Source: a bacterium (GTDB lineage Bacteria; UBA8248). From it: a stretch of 64,000 bases of DNA. A program made the position numbers and the translations under genes. Below are positions 9,553 to 19,698 of the stretch, piece by piece; position 1 is the first letter of the stretch, and each line of letters starts with the position of its first letter. The notes below the pieces were generated by a model that ran no database searches, was not told the origin of the DNA, and saw only the letters and a program-made list of their open reading frames with translations. The stretch is from positions 2,464,001 to 2,528,000 of the forward strand of contig OZ253442.1 of NCBI GenBank assembly GCA_965261085.1, written 5' to 3'.

Positions 9553-11040
9553 CTATTCCTCCTTCAGCGCCCGCGAGAAGTAGTCCGTGAGCGGTTTGGC
9601 GAGATAGCTGAGCGGCGAGCGCTCGGCGAGGCGGATGTAGACCTCGACGGGCATCCCGGGCGTGAGGACGAGGCTCTCCGCAGGCTTGGGCTCCCCGCCG
9701 GTTCCCTCCGCTTCCGGGAGCGCGCGCGGCGACCAGTTCGCCGGGCGCCAGTTCTCGGGGATCTCGGGCAATCTGCGGGAGATGATTTCGGGCAGGGCCG
9801 CCGCCCAGGCGAAAAACCCCATATCCGTTTCGGGCTCGATGGCCTCGCCTATGGCGACCTCGACGTCATACCATGTCAGGCCCCTTCGCGGGTCCTGCAC
9901 CGCGTCGGCCGAGACGCGGACGATGCGGCCCTCGAACCTCGGCGTCACCCGCGCCGGGAAGGCCGAGAAGCGCAAGGTCGCCTCCTGGCCCCGGCGCACC
10001 TGGTCCACGTGGATGGGCTGCAGCTGCGCCCTCACCAGGAGTTTCGCGTCCTTGGGCACGATGCGCAGGATGGGTTCCCCCGGGCGCACCACCTCGCCCA
10101 GCGCGAAGACCTGCATCCCGAAGACCTCGCCCGCCAGCGGAGCCCGGACTTCCATCCGGCCCAGGCGCCCGCGCAGCGAGAGGAGTTTCTCGCGCACTTC
10201 ATTCTCCCGCGCCTGCGCCTCGCGCGCCCCGGCCTCCGCCTCCTCGACCCGTTCCGCGCCGATCTGGAGGATCTGGATCTCGATCTCCGCAATCCGGCTG
10301 CGCGCAGCGGCGATCCTCGCCTCGATGTCGCCCGTCTGGCCGTCGAGGCCGGCCGCCTCGCGCTCCAGCGCCAGGAGCCGGTGCAGTTCCGTCAGGCCGT
10401 CCTTGAAGAGTTGCCGCTCGGCCTTCAGTTCCCGGGTGACGAGGCCCCTCTGGCGCCTGACCGCCCCGACCTGGGCCTCGAGGCTCGCAACCTGCTTGCG
10501 CGCCTGTACGATCCGCTTGCGAAGCTGCGCTTCCAGACCCGCCCTCGAAGCCCGCCGGGCCATGTAGAGACGCTGCTGGCCCTCCAGGATCGTCCTGACC
10601 GCGGGTTTCGCCTCGGCGCGCCGGGCGAGCGCCGCATCCCAGGCGATGGCGCCGGAACCGCGGAACTCCGCCTCCAGGCGGTTGCGCCGCGCCACCAGTT
10701 CGGCATGCGTCCCCGCCAGGATCGACTCCTCCGAGCGCATGAGCCTGTCGTCGAAGCGCAGCAGGACGTCGCCCGCCTTTACCGCGTCGCCCTCGCGGAC
10801 GAGTATCTCCCGCACCGTGCCCCCGTCGATGTGCTCGACCACCTGGTCGCGGGTCTCGACCTCGACCCTGCCGACCGCGATCACCGCCCCCGAGATCGAG
10901 GCGAATGCGCCCCACCCGAACAGGCCGCCCCATAGCAGGAACAGGGTCAGGAGGCCCAGCACCACCGGGCGGCGCGCGTTGAACATCCTCTTCCGGGAGG
11001 TTCCGGCCGCTTTCTCCCGACGTCGGCCCCAGACGCTCAT
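9553..11040 (-). CDS. HlyD/PrtE type I secretion membrane fusion protein
   Basis: N-terminal TM, VEHIDGGTVREILVREGD, VRAPLAGEV, LTPGMPVEV, RSPLSYLAKPL. Confidence 0.93.
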   Translation of the reverse strand: MSVWGRRREKAAGTSRKRMFNARRPVVLGLLTLFLLWGGLFGWGAFASISGAVIAVGRVEVETRDQVVEHIDGGTVREILVREGDAVKAGDVLLRFDDRLMRSEESILAGTHAELVARRNRLEAEFRGSGAIAWDAALARRAEAKPAVRTILEGQQRLYMARRASRAGLEAQLRKRIVQARKQVASLEAQVGAVRRQRGLVTRELKAERQLFKDGLTELHRLLALEREAAGLDGQTGDIEARIAAARSRIAEIEIQILQIGAERVEEAEAGAREAQARENEVREKLLSLRGRLGRMEVRAPLAGEVFGMQVFALGEVVRPGEPILRIVPKDAKLLVRAQLQPIHVDQVRRGQEATLRFSAFPARVTPRFEGRIVRVSADAVQDPRRGLTWYDVEVAIGEAIEPETDMGFFAWAAALPEIISRRLPEIPENWRPANWSPRALPEAEGTGGEPKPAESLVLTPGMPVEVYIRLAERSPLSYLAKPLTDYFSRALKEE

Positions 11041-12899
11041 GAACGGTCCTCCTCCTCGATGTCCATGTTCCCCGGAAACGGGGGAGACACGATCCGGACC
11101 GCGCGGAGCGGCGCGCTCTCCGCCTCCGGCGGGGGTTGCCGACCAGGCGGCGGGCCGGGCAGCGCGCGCACCGCCACGGGCGCCTGCGCACCCCCGGCCT
11201 CAGAATGCGCCTCGCGCGCCGCAGGCGGCAGCGCCAGTTGGGTCGGGTGGTTCCGTCCGCCCTCCATCAGGTGCACCACGTCGCACTCGGCAAAGGCGCC
11301 GGGACGGTGGGCCACTATCACCGCGGCGCCGCCGCGGGCCTTGAGTTCGGCCACCGCGCGGCCCAGCGCCTCAGCGCCCTCCGTGTCCAGGTGCGCGTCC
11401 GGCTCGTCGAGCACCACGACGACGGGGTCGCCGTAGAACGCCCGGGCCAGCGCGATGCGCTGGCGCTGTCCGCCCGAGAGCGCGGCGCCCCCCGCCGCCA
11501 CCTGGTAATCGTAGCCGCCGGGCAAGTCGAGTATCATCTCATGCGCGCCTGCGCGCTCCGCAGCCAGGACCACCGCTTCCGCGTCCGGTTCGGGGTCGAG
11601 CCGCGCGATGTTCTCCGCCACCGTCCCCTCGAACAGCACCACATCCTGCGGCAGCCAGCCCACGTGGCGCGCCAGCGTTTCCTCGCCGTACTGATCCAGT
11701 TCCGCACCCCCCAGCGTCACCTTGCCCGCCACCGTCGGCCATACCCCCGCCAGCGCGCGCGCCAGCGTCGACTTGCCCGATGCCGAGCGCCCCGCGATGC
11801 CCACCGCCTCGCCCGGCTCCACGCGGAACGAGACGCCCCGCACCGCGGGGACTACCGCTCCCGGCGCCGCCACGACGGCGTTCTCCACCTCCAGGACGGC
11901 CCGGGGCCTGGGAAGAGGCGTCCGCAACGGGGGCTCGGGCGTCTCGGAGAGCAGCTTCGCCAGGGAGCGCCGGGCCTCGAGCGCGCGCTGAAGTACCGGC
12001 CACTGCCCGACCGCCTGGTCGATCGGCGCCAGCGCCCGGCCCAGGAGGATCGAGGCCGCTATCATGATCCCCGGCGTCACCACGCCGCGGATCGCCAGCC
12101 ATGCCCCCAGGCCCAGCATCATGGACTGCAGGAACAGCCTGAGCGTCCTGGAGATGACCGCATAGGCGCCGCCGCGGTCCGATGCGACGATGGTCTTCGC
12201 GAGCGCCGTGTGGCGCAGCCCCTCCAGACGCGCGAGAACGGCGCCCCGCATCCCCAGCCCACGCACCGTCTCCCCGCCCGCGCGCGTCTGCTCCACGAAG
12301 TGCCACGCCCGCGCCGATGCCTCGCCCACCTCGGCCTGCACACCTCCCGTGCGCGCCGAGTTCACCAGCGCCAGCACCACGATCAGGACGCCCGAGAACA
12401 CCGCCAGCACGCCCAGCATCCAGTGGAAGGTGAACAGCGCCAACAGGAACAGCGGCGTCCAGGGAGCGTCGAAGAACGCGAACGGACCCGGGCCCGACGC
12501 GAAGCGCTGCATCGCCTCCAGGTCGCGGAGCCCCGTCGCGGGCGCAGAACGCGCTCCCGCCGAGCGGCCCGCATGCGTGAGGATGGCCCCCAGAACACGC
12601 CCGTCGAGACGCGCCTGGAACCGCGCCCCGGCACGCGCCAGTACACGAGCCCGGAAATGGTCCAGAAAACCCATCGCCAGGAACAGGAACGCAACGATGC
12701 CCGCCAGTGCCGCCAGCGTCGCCTCCGAGCGTGAGGACAGTACACGGTCGTACACCTGCAGCATGAACACAGGACCCGTCAGCATCAGCAGGTTCACGAA
12801 CGCGCTGAACAGCCCGATCACGAAGAACAGCCGCCGGCTCTCCGACAACGCCGCGCGGATCTCCGCCTGCCCGCTCCTCTCGTCCCTGCGATCATTCAT
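11037..12899 (-). CDS. PrtD/AprD-type type I secretion ABC transporter
   Basis: FMLQVYDRVL, Walker A GRSASGKST, LSGGQRQR, VVLDEP. Confidence 0.95.
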   Translation of the reverse strand: MNDRRDERSGQAEIRAALSESRRLFFVIGLFSAFVNLLMLTGPVFMLQVYDRVLSSRSEATLAALAGIVAFLFLAMGFLDHFRARVLARAGARFQARLDGRVLGAILTHAGRSAGARSAPATGLRDLEAMQRFASGPGPFAFFDAPWTPLFLLALFTFHWMLGVLAVFSGVLIVVLALVNSARTGGVQAEVGEASARAWHFVEQTRAGGETVRGLGMRGAVLARLEGLRHTALAKTIVASDRGGAYAVISRTLRLFLQSMMLGLGAWLAIRGVVTPGIMIAASILLGRALAPIDQAVGQWPVLQRALEARRSLAKLLSETPEPPLRTPLPRPRAVLEVENAVVAAPGAVVPAVRGVSFRVEPGEAVGIAGRSASGKSTLARALAGVWPTVAGKVTLGGAELDQYGEETLARHVGWLPQDVVLFEGTVAENIARLDPEPDAEAVVLAAERAGAHEMILDLPGGYDYQVAAGGAALSGGQRQRIALARAFYGDPVVVVLDEPDAHLDTEGAEALGRAVAELKARGGAAVIVAHRPGAFAECDVVHLMEGGRNHPTQLALPPAAREAHSEAGGAQAPVAVRALPGPPPGRQPPPEAESAPLRAVRIVSPPFPGNMDIEEEDRS

Positions 12900-12956
12900 C
12901 GCTCGTCGCCGCCCTCCCGGCCAGGCATGTCCGCAACCGCTGGTTCCGTCGCGCCG

Positions 12957-13300
12957 TCACATGCCGTCGACGACCTCTTCCACCGACAGAGTGTAGGAAC
13001 CCACGTTGTTGCCATAAGCGCCTGCCGACACGTAGTAGGTGGCGCTCTCATCCGGCGTGAAATGCACCCAACTGTCGCGGCTGCCGCCGAAGTCGTCGTT
13101 ATAGTTGCCCGATTGGTAGCGCCCCTCGCTGTCGGAGATGCCGCGCAGGAAGGTGTCGCGGAGCGTCCCGCCGCCGCTCGGGCGGCCCTGCAGGTCGAAC
13201 TGGTACGTCTTGTCCGCTCCAACTCGACCGCGAACCAGTCCCGGTCACTTGGGGGTTCCGATCGTGCCCGTGGCCGAGCCGCCGACCACAACCGTCCCGA
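12957..13300 (-). pseudogene. orphan, frameshifted C-terminal adhesin PPC-like domain
   Basis: Joining across two frameshifts gives GTVVVGGSATGTI...DRDWFAVELE...KTYQFDLQG...GTLRDTFLRGISD...TYYVSAGAY...YTLSVEEVVDGM*, parallel to the adhesin end YTLSFQEVVDAI*. Confidence 0.8.
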
Positions 13301-13400
13301 CCCCTGACCGACCGCGTTGTCACGACCTGTCACTTATCGGCCGGATATCCGGAACCCTTCTCATCGGGGCGCTCGAAGCGAAACGGAAACAAGCGATGGG

Positions 13401-16400
13401 TCAGATAGCGTCCACCACTTCCTGGAACGAAAGAGTGTAGGTACCAAGAGACCGGCCGTGGGAATCTTCGGCCTGCGAGTGCCCGCCGCTTCCCGCAACC
13501 ACGTAATAGGTGGCGTCCTCGTCCGGCGTGAACGTCACGCGACTATTGAGGCCCTCGCCACTGTCACGGTCCCAGCTACGCATTATCTCGTTACCATCAG
13601 TATCGTGCATACCGTAAAGAAGCGGATTTGCCAGCGTTCCGCCGTCCGTTGCTGATCCCTCCATGTCGACTTGGTATCTCTTGCCCGCCTCGAGGATAAC
13701 GGCGAACCAGTCTTGGTCGCCCTGAGCCTCGATCTCGCCGACAACGGAGCCACCGACTTCGACCGTGCCGGTCGTGTCGACATCGTCCCTGAAATCGTCA
13801 ATCGATACTTGCACCGTGTAGGTGCCGACATCTTCGTCGCGGTAACCGCTCAGGTAACTCCCCGCCGCCACGTAATAGGTGCCGTCCTCATCGGGCGTGA
13901 AATACACTTGGCTGTCGGAACGAGGGCCGCTGGAGTAGTCGGTTGTGTCGGAAATAAGGCGACCGTCGGGATCGTGGATTCCGCGAATATAGGGATTTGT
14001 CAGCGTTCCACCTCTACCACGCACTCCCAAGAGCTCGACCTTGTAGGTTTCTCCCGCAGTCAGCTCGACGGCAAACCAGTCGCGGTCGTCTTCATACTGG
14101 ATTTCGCCGGTGGCGGTACCGCCGACCTCTACCGTGCCGGTCGTGTCGACTGTCGCCGGCAAATCGTCCTCGATTTCCGTCACCCGCACAGTGTAAGTGC
14201 CGGTTTTGTGGGTACTGAAAGCGTCCACCGCCAGGTAGTAGGTGCCGTCCTCGTCCGCCGTGAAAAATGCTTGTTCATCTTCCCCGGCAAATATTTGCGT
14301 TAATTGACCGTTAATGTGAGTGTATGTCCCTGCGATGATTATTGCGTCAGATATTCCAGTGGCATAGCCGAGGGCCAGGTGTGGGCGGTTCATCGTTCCA
14401 CCGCCCGTCAGGACCCCACCCACGTCGATCTGGTACGTCTTGCCAGCCTCCAGCTCCACCGCGAAGTAGTCGTAGTCGCGCGCATATTGGATTTCGCCGG
14501 TGGCGGAGCCGCCGACCTCGACCGTGCCAGTCGTCCCCCAGCTATACGACGCGAAATCGTCTTCCCACACCCTCACCTCATAGGTGCCCAAGCTAGTGAC
14601 AGCGCTATCCGCCGCGATGTAGTATGTGCCGTCCGTCTCCGCGGTGAAGTGCACCCGGCTTGTGCCGCCGCCCGTGTGGCGGTCGACCGTGCCGGGTATT
14701 TGGTTGCCCTCAGCATCGTAGATGCCGCGCAAATAGGGGCGGTCCAAGGAGGTGCCGTCATTCGTCGAACGGCCTTTCAGATCGATTTGGTAACTTTGGC
14801 CCGCTGCCAACTCGACCGCAAACCAGTCCCAGTCGGTCTCATACTCGATTTCCCCGGTGGCGGTGCCGCCGACTTCGACAGTGCCAGTCGTGTCGACTGT
14901 CGCCGGAAAATCGTCCTCCATTTCCGTGACCCGCACGGTGTAAGTGCCGGTGCTGGTGAATTCGCCGTTGCTTGCCGCCACGTAGTAGGTGCCGTCCTCG
15001 TCCGGCGTGAAAAATACTTGGTCATCATCTACTCGGACACGTTGATTGTTTGGTCTCTCATAGATTCGATATCGGTCATATACGTTAGGAATACTATTAC
15101 CGTCGGCATCGTAAACACCGTGCAGGCGTCCGCTCGGCAGCGTTCCACCGCCCGTCCGGACCCCGCCCGTGTCGATCTGGTACGTCTTGCCCGCCTCCAG
15201 CTCCACCGCGAACCAGTCGTGATCGTCCGCAGACTCGATTTCGCCGGTGGCGGAGCTGCCGACCGCCACCCGGCCGGTTGTGGAGGTGTCGTCCGGGAAG
15301 TCGCCGCCGTCCGGCTCCGACGGATCCTCGGGATCCGGGTCCGGCGCCACGATCGGCGGCGAGGTGTCCGTCACCTCGACCTCGTAGGTGCCCCGGCCGG
15401 AAAAGATCCCCGCCGCGCCCGCCGCGATGTAGTGGGTCCCGCTCCCGGTCGCCGTGAAGGTCACCCGGCTGTTGTAGCCTTGGCCCCCGTCGTCGTTCGT
15501 CGTACGCGCAATGAGATTGCCGTCGGAATCGTGGATGCCGCCCAGATAGGGATCGCTCAGCGTGCCGTCGTCCGTGGGGCCGCCTCTCAGATCGATGACG
15601 TAGGTCCGGCCCGCCACCAGCTCCACCGCGAACCAGTCGCGGTCGCCGTTGCTCCCGACCTCGCCCGTGGCCGTGTCGCCGACCGCCACCCGCCCGCTCG
15701 TGGAGGCGCCCGCCGAGAAGTCCTCTCCGGAAGGTTCCGATACCGTCTGCGGCGTACTCTGATCCGGTTGCGCAACAGGCGGATCGACCTCCACCGGCTC
15801 ATCCACGTCGGTGACGCTGACGGTCGCGGTGGCATCGGTCGTCTGATCGCCGTCACTCGCCCGGACGGTCAGCTCGAAGCTGGTGGAACCGGTCTCGTAG
15901 TCCTCGCCCCCGCCCGTGTAGAACAGTTCGCCGCTGGCCGCGTCGATCTCGAACAGCTCCGCCGCGTTGCCGCCCTCGATGCTGTAGGCCACTGAACCGC
16001 CGTCCGGATCCGTCGCCGAGACCGTGCCCAGCGATATCCGGTTCGCGCTGCCGTCCGTGTCCTCCGCCAGATCGAAGCCGTAGCCCGCCTGCCCAAACGC
16101 CGGTGCTTCCGCCACGTCGGTGACGTTGACGGTCGCGGTGGTGTCGGTCGTCTGATCACCGTCACTCGCCCGGACAATCAGCTCGAAGCTGGTCGAACCG
16201 GTCTCGTAGTCCTCGCCCCCGCCCGTGTAGAACAGCTCGCCACCGGCCGCGTCGATCTCGAACAGCCCCGCCGCGTTGCCGCCCTCGATGCTGTAGGTCA
16301 CTGAACCGCCTTCCGGATCCGTCGCCGAGACCGTGCCCAGCGATATCCGGTTCGCGCTCCCGTCCGTGTTCTCCGGGAGTTCGAAACCGTAGAACTCAGA

Positions 16401-18986
16401 GCCGAATGCCGGTGGCTGCTGCTGAACCTGCTCCTGTTCCTGCGCCGATAACCGCTCCGCCTCCAACCGCGCCACTTCGGCCGGGTCCGCGTCGCCCACC
16501 CCGTAGCGGAATACATACGCGTTCGCACCCGCCTCCTGCGCCTCCACCCGTACGTAATACGTCCCCGCCAGCAGCGTCTCGCGCATCCACTCGTTCGCCG
16601 TGCCGCCGTTCGCGCCGCTGTGCAGCACGTTGCCCTCTGCGTCCTCCAGCACCAGGTCCGCATCGGCGTCCTGGCGCCGAAGCCCAAGCGCCACCTCGCG
16701 CGCCTCGCTCAGCGTGAACCGGTACCACGCCACCCCATCGGCGCCGCCGTCCAGCGTACCCAGCGGGAACCGCGGCGCCGCCAACCCCGTGATGTCCCCG
16801 AGATCCTCGGCCGCCGCGCGCGCCGGGTCCGGCTCCGCAACAGGCGGATTGCCCTCCACCGGCTCATCCACGTCGGTGACGCTGACGGTCGCGGTGGCAT
16901 CGGTGGTCTGATCGCCGTCACTCGCCCGGACAGTCAGCTCGAAGCTGGTCGAACCGGTCTCGTAGTCCTCGCCCCCGCCCGTGTAGAACAGTTCGCCGCT
17001 GGCCGCGTCGATCTCGAACAGCTCCGCCGCGTTGCCGCCCTCGATGCTGTAGGCCACTGAACCGCCGTCCGGATCCGTCGCCGAGACCGTGCCCAGCGAT
17101 ATCCGGTTCGCGCTGCCGTCCGTGTCCTCCGCCAGATCGAAGCCGTAGCCCGCCTGCCCAAACGCCGGTGCTTCCGCCACGTCGGTGACGTTGACGGTCG
17201 CGGTGGTGTCGGTCGTCTGATCACCGTCACTCGCCCGGACAATCAGCTCGAAGCTGGTCGAACCGGTCTCGTAGTCCTCGCCCCCGCCCGTGTAGAACAG
17301 CTCGCCACCGGCCGCGTCGATCTCGAACAGCCCCGCCGCGTTGCCGCCCTCGATGCTGTAGGTCACTGAACCGCCTTCCGGATCCGTCGCCGAGACCGTG
17401 CCCAGCGATATCCGGTTCGCGCTCCCGTCCGTGTTCTCCGGGAGTTCGAAACCGTAGAACTCAGAGCCGAATGCCGGTGGCTGCTGCTGAACCTGCTCCT
17501 GTTCCTGCGCCGATAACCGCTCCGCCTCCAACCGCGCCACTTCGGCCGGGTCCGCGCCGCCCACCCCGTAGCGGAACACATACGCGTTCGCACCCGCCTC
17601 CTGCGCCTCCACCCGTACGTAATACGTCCCCGCCGGCAGCGTCTCGCGCATCCACTCGTTCGCCGTGCCGGAACGCTCGCTGCTGTGCAGCACGTTGCCC
17701 TCTGCGTCCTCCAGCACCAGGTCCGCATCGGCGTCCTGGCGCCGAAGCCCAAGCGCCACCTCGCGCGGCCCGCTCAGCGTGAACCGGTACCACGCCACCG
17801 CATCGGCGCCGCCGTCCAGCGCGCCCCGCGGGAACCGCGCCGCCGCCAACTCCGTGATGTCCCCGAGATCCTCGGCCGCCGCGCGCGCCGGGTCCGGCTC
17901 CGCAACAGGCGGATTGACCTCCACCGGCTCATCCACGTCGGTGACGTTGACGGTCGCGGTGGTGTCGGTCGTCTGATCCCCGTCACTCGCCCGGACAGTC
18001 AGCTCGAAGCTGGTCGAACCGGTCTCGTAGTCCTCGCCCCCGCCCGTGTAGAACAGTTCGCCGCTGGCCGCGTCGATCTCGAACAGCTCCGCCGCGTTGC
18101 CGCCCTCGATGCTGTAGGCCACTGAACCGCCGTCCGGATCCGTCGCCGAGACCGTGCCCAGCGATATCCGGTTCGCGCTGCCGTCCGTGTCCTCCGCCAG
18201 ATCGAAGCCGTAGCCCGCCTGCCCAAACGCCGGTGCTTCCGCCACGTCGGTGACGTTGACGGTCGCGGTGGTGTCGGTCGTCTGATCACCGTCACTCGCC
18301 CGGACAATCAGCTCGAAGCTGGTCGAACCGGTCTCGTAGTCCTCGCCCCCGCCCGTGTAGAACAGCTCGCCACCGGCCGCGTCGATCTCGAACAGCCCCG
18401 CCGCGTTGCCGCCCTCGATGCTGTAGGTCACTGAACCGCCTTCCGGATCCGTCGCCGAGACCGTGCCCAGCGATATCCGGTTCGCGCTCCCGTCCGTGTT
18501 CTCCGGGAGTTCGAAACCGTAGAACTCAGAGCCGAATGCCGGTGGCTGCTGCTGAACCTGCTCCTGCGTGACCGGCGGATCCTCGGAATCCGGGTCCGGC
18601 GCCACGATCGGCGGCGAGGTGTCCGTCACCTCGACCTCGTAGGTGCCCCGGCCGGAAAAGATCCCCGCCGCGCCCGCCGCGATGTAGTGGGTCCCGCTCT
18701 CGGTCGCCGTGAAGGTCACCCGGCTGTTGTAGCCTTCGCCCCCGTCGTCGTTCGTCGTACGCGGAATGAGATTGCCGTCGGAATCGTGGATGCCGCGCAG
18801 ATAGGGATCGCTCAGCGTGCCGTCGTCCGTGGGGCCGCCTCTCAGATCGATGACGTAGGTCCGGCCCGCCACCAGCTCCACCGCAAACCAGTCGCTGTCG
18901 CCGTTGCTCCCGACCTCGCCCGTGGCCGTGTCGCCCACCGCGACGGCGCCCGTGGTCTGTACGTCGGCCGTATAATCGTCAGGCAT
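13401..18986 (-). CDS. 1861-aa repetitive acidic adhesin (cadherin-like and pre-peptidase C-terminal-like domains), probable T1SS substrate
   Basis: Six cadherin-like repeats (VSATDPxG...YSI...LFEID...DYE...VRASDG...VTDV) and multiple DxDWFAVEL...GTYYV domains. GAGGAG RBS, no signal peptide, directly upstream of the T1SS. Confidence 0.9.
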   Translation of the reverse strand: MPDDYTADVQTTGAVAVGDTATGEVGSNGDSDWFAVELVAGRTYVIDLRGGPTDDGTLSDPYLRGIHDSDGNLIPRTTNDDGGEGYNSRVTFTATESGTHYIAAGAAGIFSGRGTYEVEVTDTSPPIVAPDPDSEDPPVTQEQVQQQPPAFGSEFYGFELPENTDGSANRISLGTVSATDPEGGSVTYSIEGGNAAGLFEIDAAGGELFYTGGGEDYETGSTSFELIVRASDGDQTTDTTATVNVTDVAEAPAFGQAGYGFDLAEDTDGSANRISLGTVSATDPDGGSVAYSIEGGNAAELFEIDAASGELFYTGGGEDYETGSTSFELTVRASDGDQTTDTTATVNVTDVDEPVEVNPPVAEPDPARAAAEDLGDITELAAARFPRGALDGGADAVAWYRFTLSGPREVALGLRRQDADADLVLEDAEGNVLHSSERSGTANEWMRETLPAGTYYVRVEAQEAGANAYVFRYGVGGADPAEVARLEAERLSAQEQEQVQQQPPAFGSEFYGFELPENTDGSANRISLGTVSATDPEGGSVTYSIEGGNAAGLFEIDAAGGELFYTGGGEDYETGSTSFELIVRASDGDQTTDTTATVNVTDVAEAPAFGQAGYGFDLAEDTDGSANRISLGTVSATDPDGGSVAYSIEGGNAAELFEIDAASGELFYTGGGEDYETGSTSFELTVRASDGDQTTDATATVSVTDVDEPVEGNPPVAEPDPARAAAEDLGDITGLAAPRFPLGTLDGGADGVAWYRFTLSEAREVALGLRRQDADADLVLEDAEGNVLHSGANGGTANEWMRETLLAGTYYVRVEAQEAGANAYVFRYGVGDADPAEVARLEAERLSAQEQEQVQQQPPAFGSEFYGFELPENTDGSANRISLGTVSATDPEGGSVTYSIEGGNAAGLFEIDAAGGELFYTGGGEDYETGSTSFELIVRASDGDQTTDTTATVNVTDVAEAPAFGQAGYGFDLAEDTDGSANRISLGTVSATDPDGGSVAYSIEGGNAAELFEIDAASGELFYTGGGEDYETGSTSFELTVRASDGDQTTDATATVSVTDVDEPVEVDPPVAQPDQSTPQTVSEPSGEDFSAGASTSGRVAVGDTATGEVGSNGDRDWFAVELVAGRTYVIDLRGGPTDDGTLSDPYLGGIHDSDGNLIARTTNDDGGQGYNSRVTFTATGSGTHYIAAGAAGIFSGRGTYEVEVTDTSPPIVAPDPDPEDPSEPDGGDFPDDTSTTGRVAVGSSATGEIESADDHDWFAVELEAGKTYQIDTGGVRTGGGTLPSGRLHGVYDADGNSIPNVYDRYRIYERPNNQRVRVDDDQVFFTPDEDGTYYVAASNGEFTSTGTYTVRVTEMEDDFPATVDTTGTVEVGGTATGEIEYETDWDWFAVELAAGQSYQIDLKGRSTNDGTSLDRPYLRGIYDAEGNQIPGTVDRHTGGGTSRVHFTAETDGTYYIAADSAVTSLGTYEVRVWEDDFASYSWGTTGTVEVGGSATGEIQYARDYDYFAVELEAGKTYQIDVGGVLTGGGTMNRPHLALGYATGISDAIIIAGTYTHINGQLTQIFAGEDEQAFFTADEDGTYYLAVDAFSTHKTGTYTVRVTEIEDDLPATVDTTGTVEVGGTATGEIQYEDDRDWFAVELTAGETYKVELLGVRGRGGTLTNPYIRGIHDPDGRLISDTTDYSSGPRSDSQVYFTPDEDGTYYVAAGSYLSGYRDEDVGTYTVQVSIDDFRDDVDTTGTVEVGGSVVGEIEAQGDQDWFAVILEAGKRYQVDMEGSATDGGTLANPLLYGMHDTDGNEIMRSWDRDSGEGLNSRVTFTPDEDATYYVVAGSGGHSQAEDSHGRSLGTYTLSFQEVVDAI
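15770..18570. repeat. near-identical intragenic tandem repeat, period 1065 bp (about 2.6 units)
   Basis: Near-identical shadow ORFs recur at 15869, 16934 and 17999, and at 16298 and 17363, with 1065-bp spacing. Confidence 0.92.
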
Positions 18987-19107
18987 GTCGTAATCTCCTC
19001 CTCAAACGGTGAAATTCCGTATCTCCAGTCTGGCTTGGGCATTGCACGCGCATACCGCTCGCAGCGGATGAGGCTCCCCATGGAACCCGCACGGGCCCGG
19101 GCGATGC

Positions 19108-19303
19108 GTCGAACGACACGGAGCCGGCTCGTAGTACGGAACCGGGCGCCTCCAAGCCAAAGTCTGAGCACTTTCTAGGATAACCGATTCGGACACATCT
19201 TGTGAAACTCTAAATTCGAGGCCTGAGCAATAATTAAATTTGTGCAAATGCGGGGCCCTTGCGGGGTGACGTTTCACGGGCCTTACAGCCGGAAACGAAG
19301 CCC
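19108..19303 (-). promoter_or_regulatory. P1, 196-bp promoter block upstream of the adhesin-T1SS operon
   Basis: Near-identical to 24251-24446. Minus-strand TTCACA-18 bp-TATCCT with upstream dyad ATTTG-TG-CAAAT. Confidence 0.7.
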
Positions 19304-19467
19304 TCTGGCCACAGGCGAGGGGAGGAGACATGAGATGTCGAAGCCCCCAAGCCGCAGGAACACGGCGCTACGCGAGGCGATGGCGAAAGGCGAAACAGGA
19401 CGGAGGCGCGGTTGCGTAGTGCGGGTGGAAGGGGAGCCGGGATGGTTCCGGCGACTCGGACCCGCCA

Positions 19468-19630
19468 GGATGCGCGGGCGTTTGAATTCGCCCGCTTTCG
19501 TTTTGATTGCATGCTGGAGAAGGTGAATTCCTAACGGGATCGAGGAGAATGAGTATTTCTAAATGATGTCAATAAGATAAAGAGATTTCACGGCAGATGA
19601 GAACACCTCTATTCATCAAAGCGGGCGACA
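19468..19630 (+). repeat. R2, ~165-bp R element
   Basis: GGATGCGCGGGCGTTTGAAT...CGCTTTCGTTTTGATTGCAT...TGTCAATAAGATAA...AAAGCGGGCGACA. Confidence 0.9.
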
Positions 19631-19698
19631 GACGGTATCGTCGGGCTCGTTATCCTGCCGGTCCACTTCAGGTACTGGAACGTTGTCCACCCTCGAGG

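Noticed and set aside
13401-15330. Diversity-generating retroelement acting on the adhesin
   Set aside because: No reverse transcriptase in the window and no template/variable repeat pair differing only at adenines.
13401-18986. RTX toxin
   Set aside because: No tandem GGxGxDxL nonapeptides or toxin domain seen. The content is cadherin-like and PPC-like repeats.
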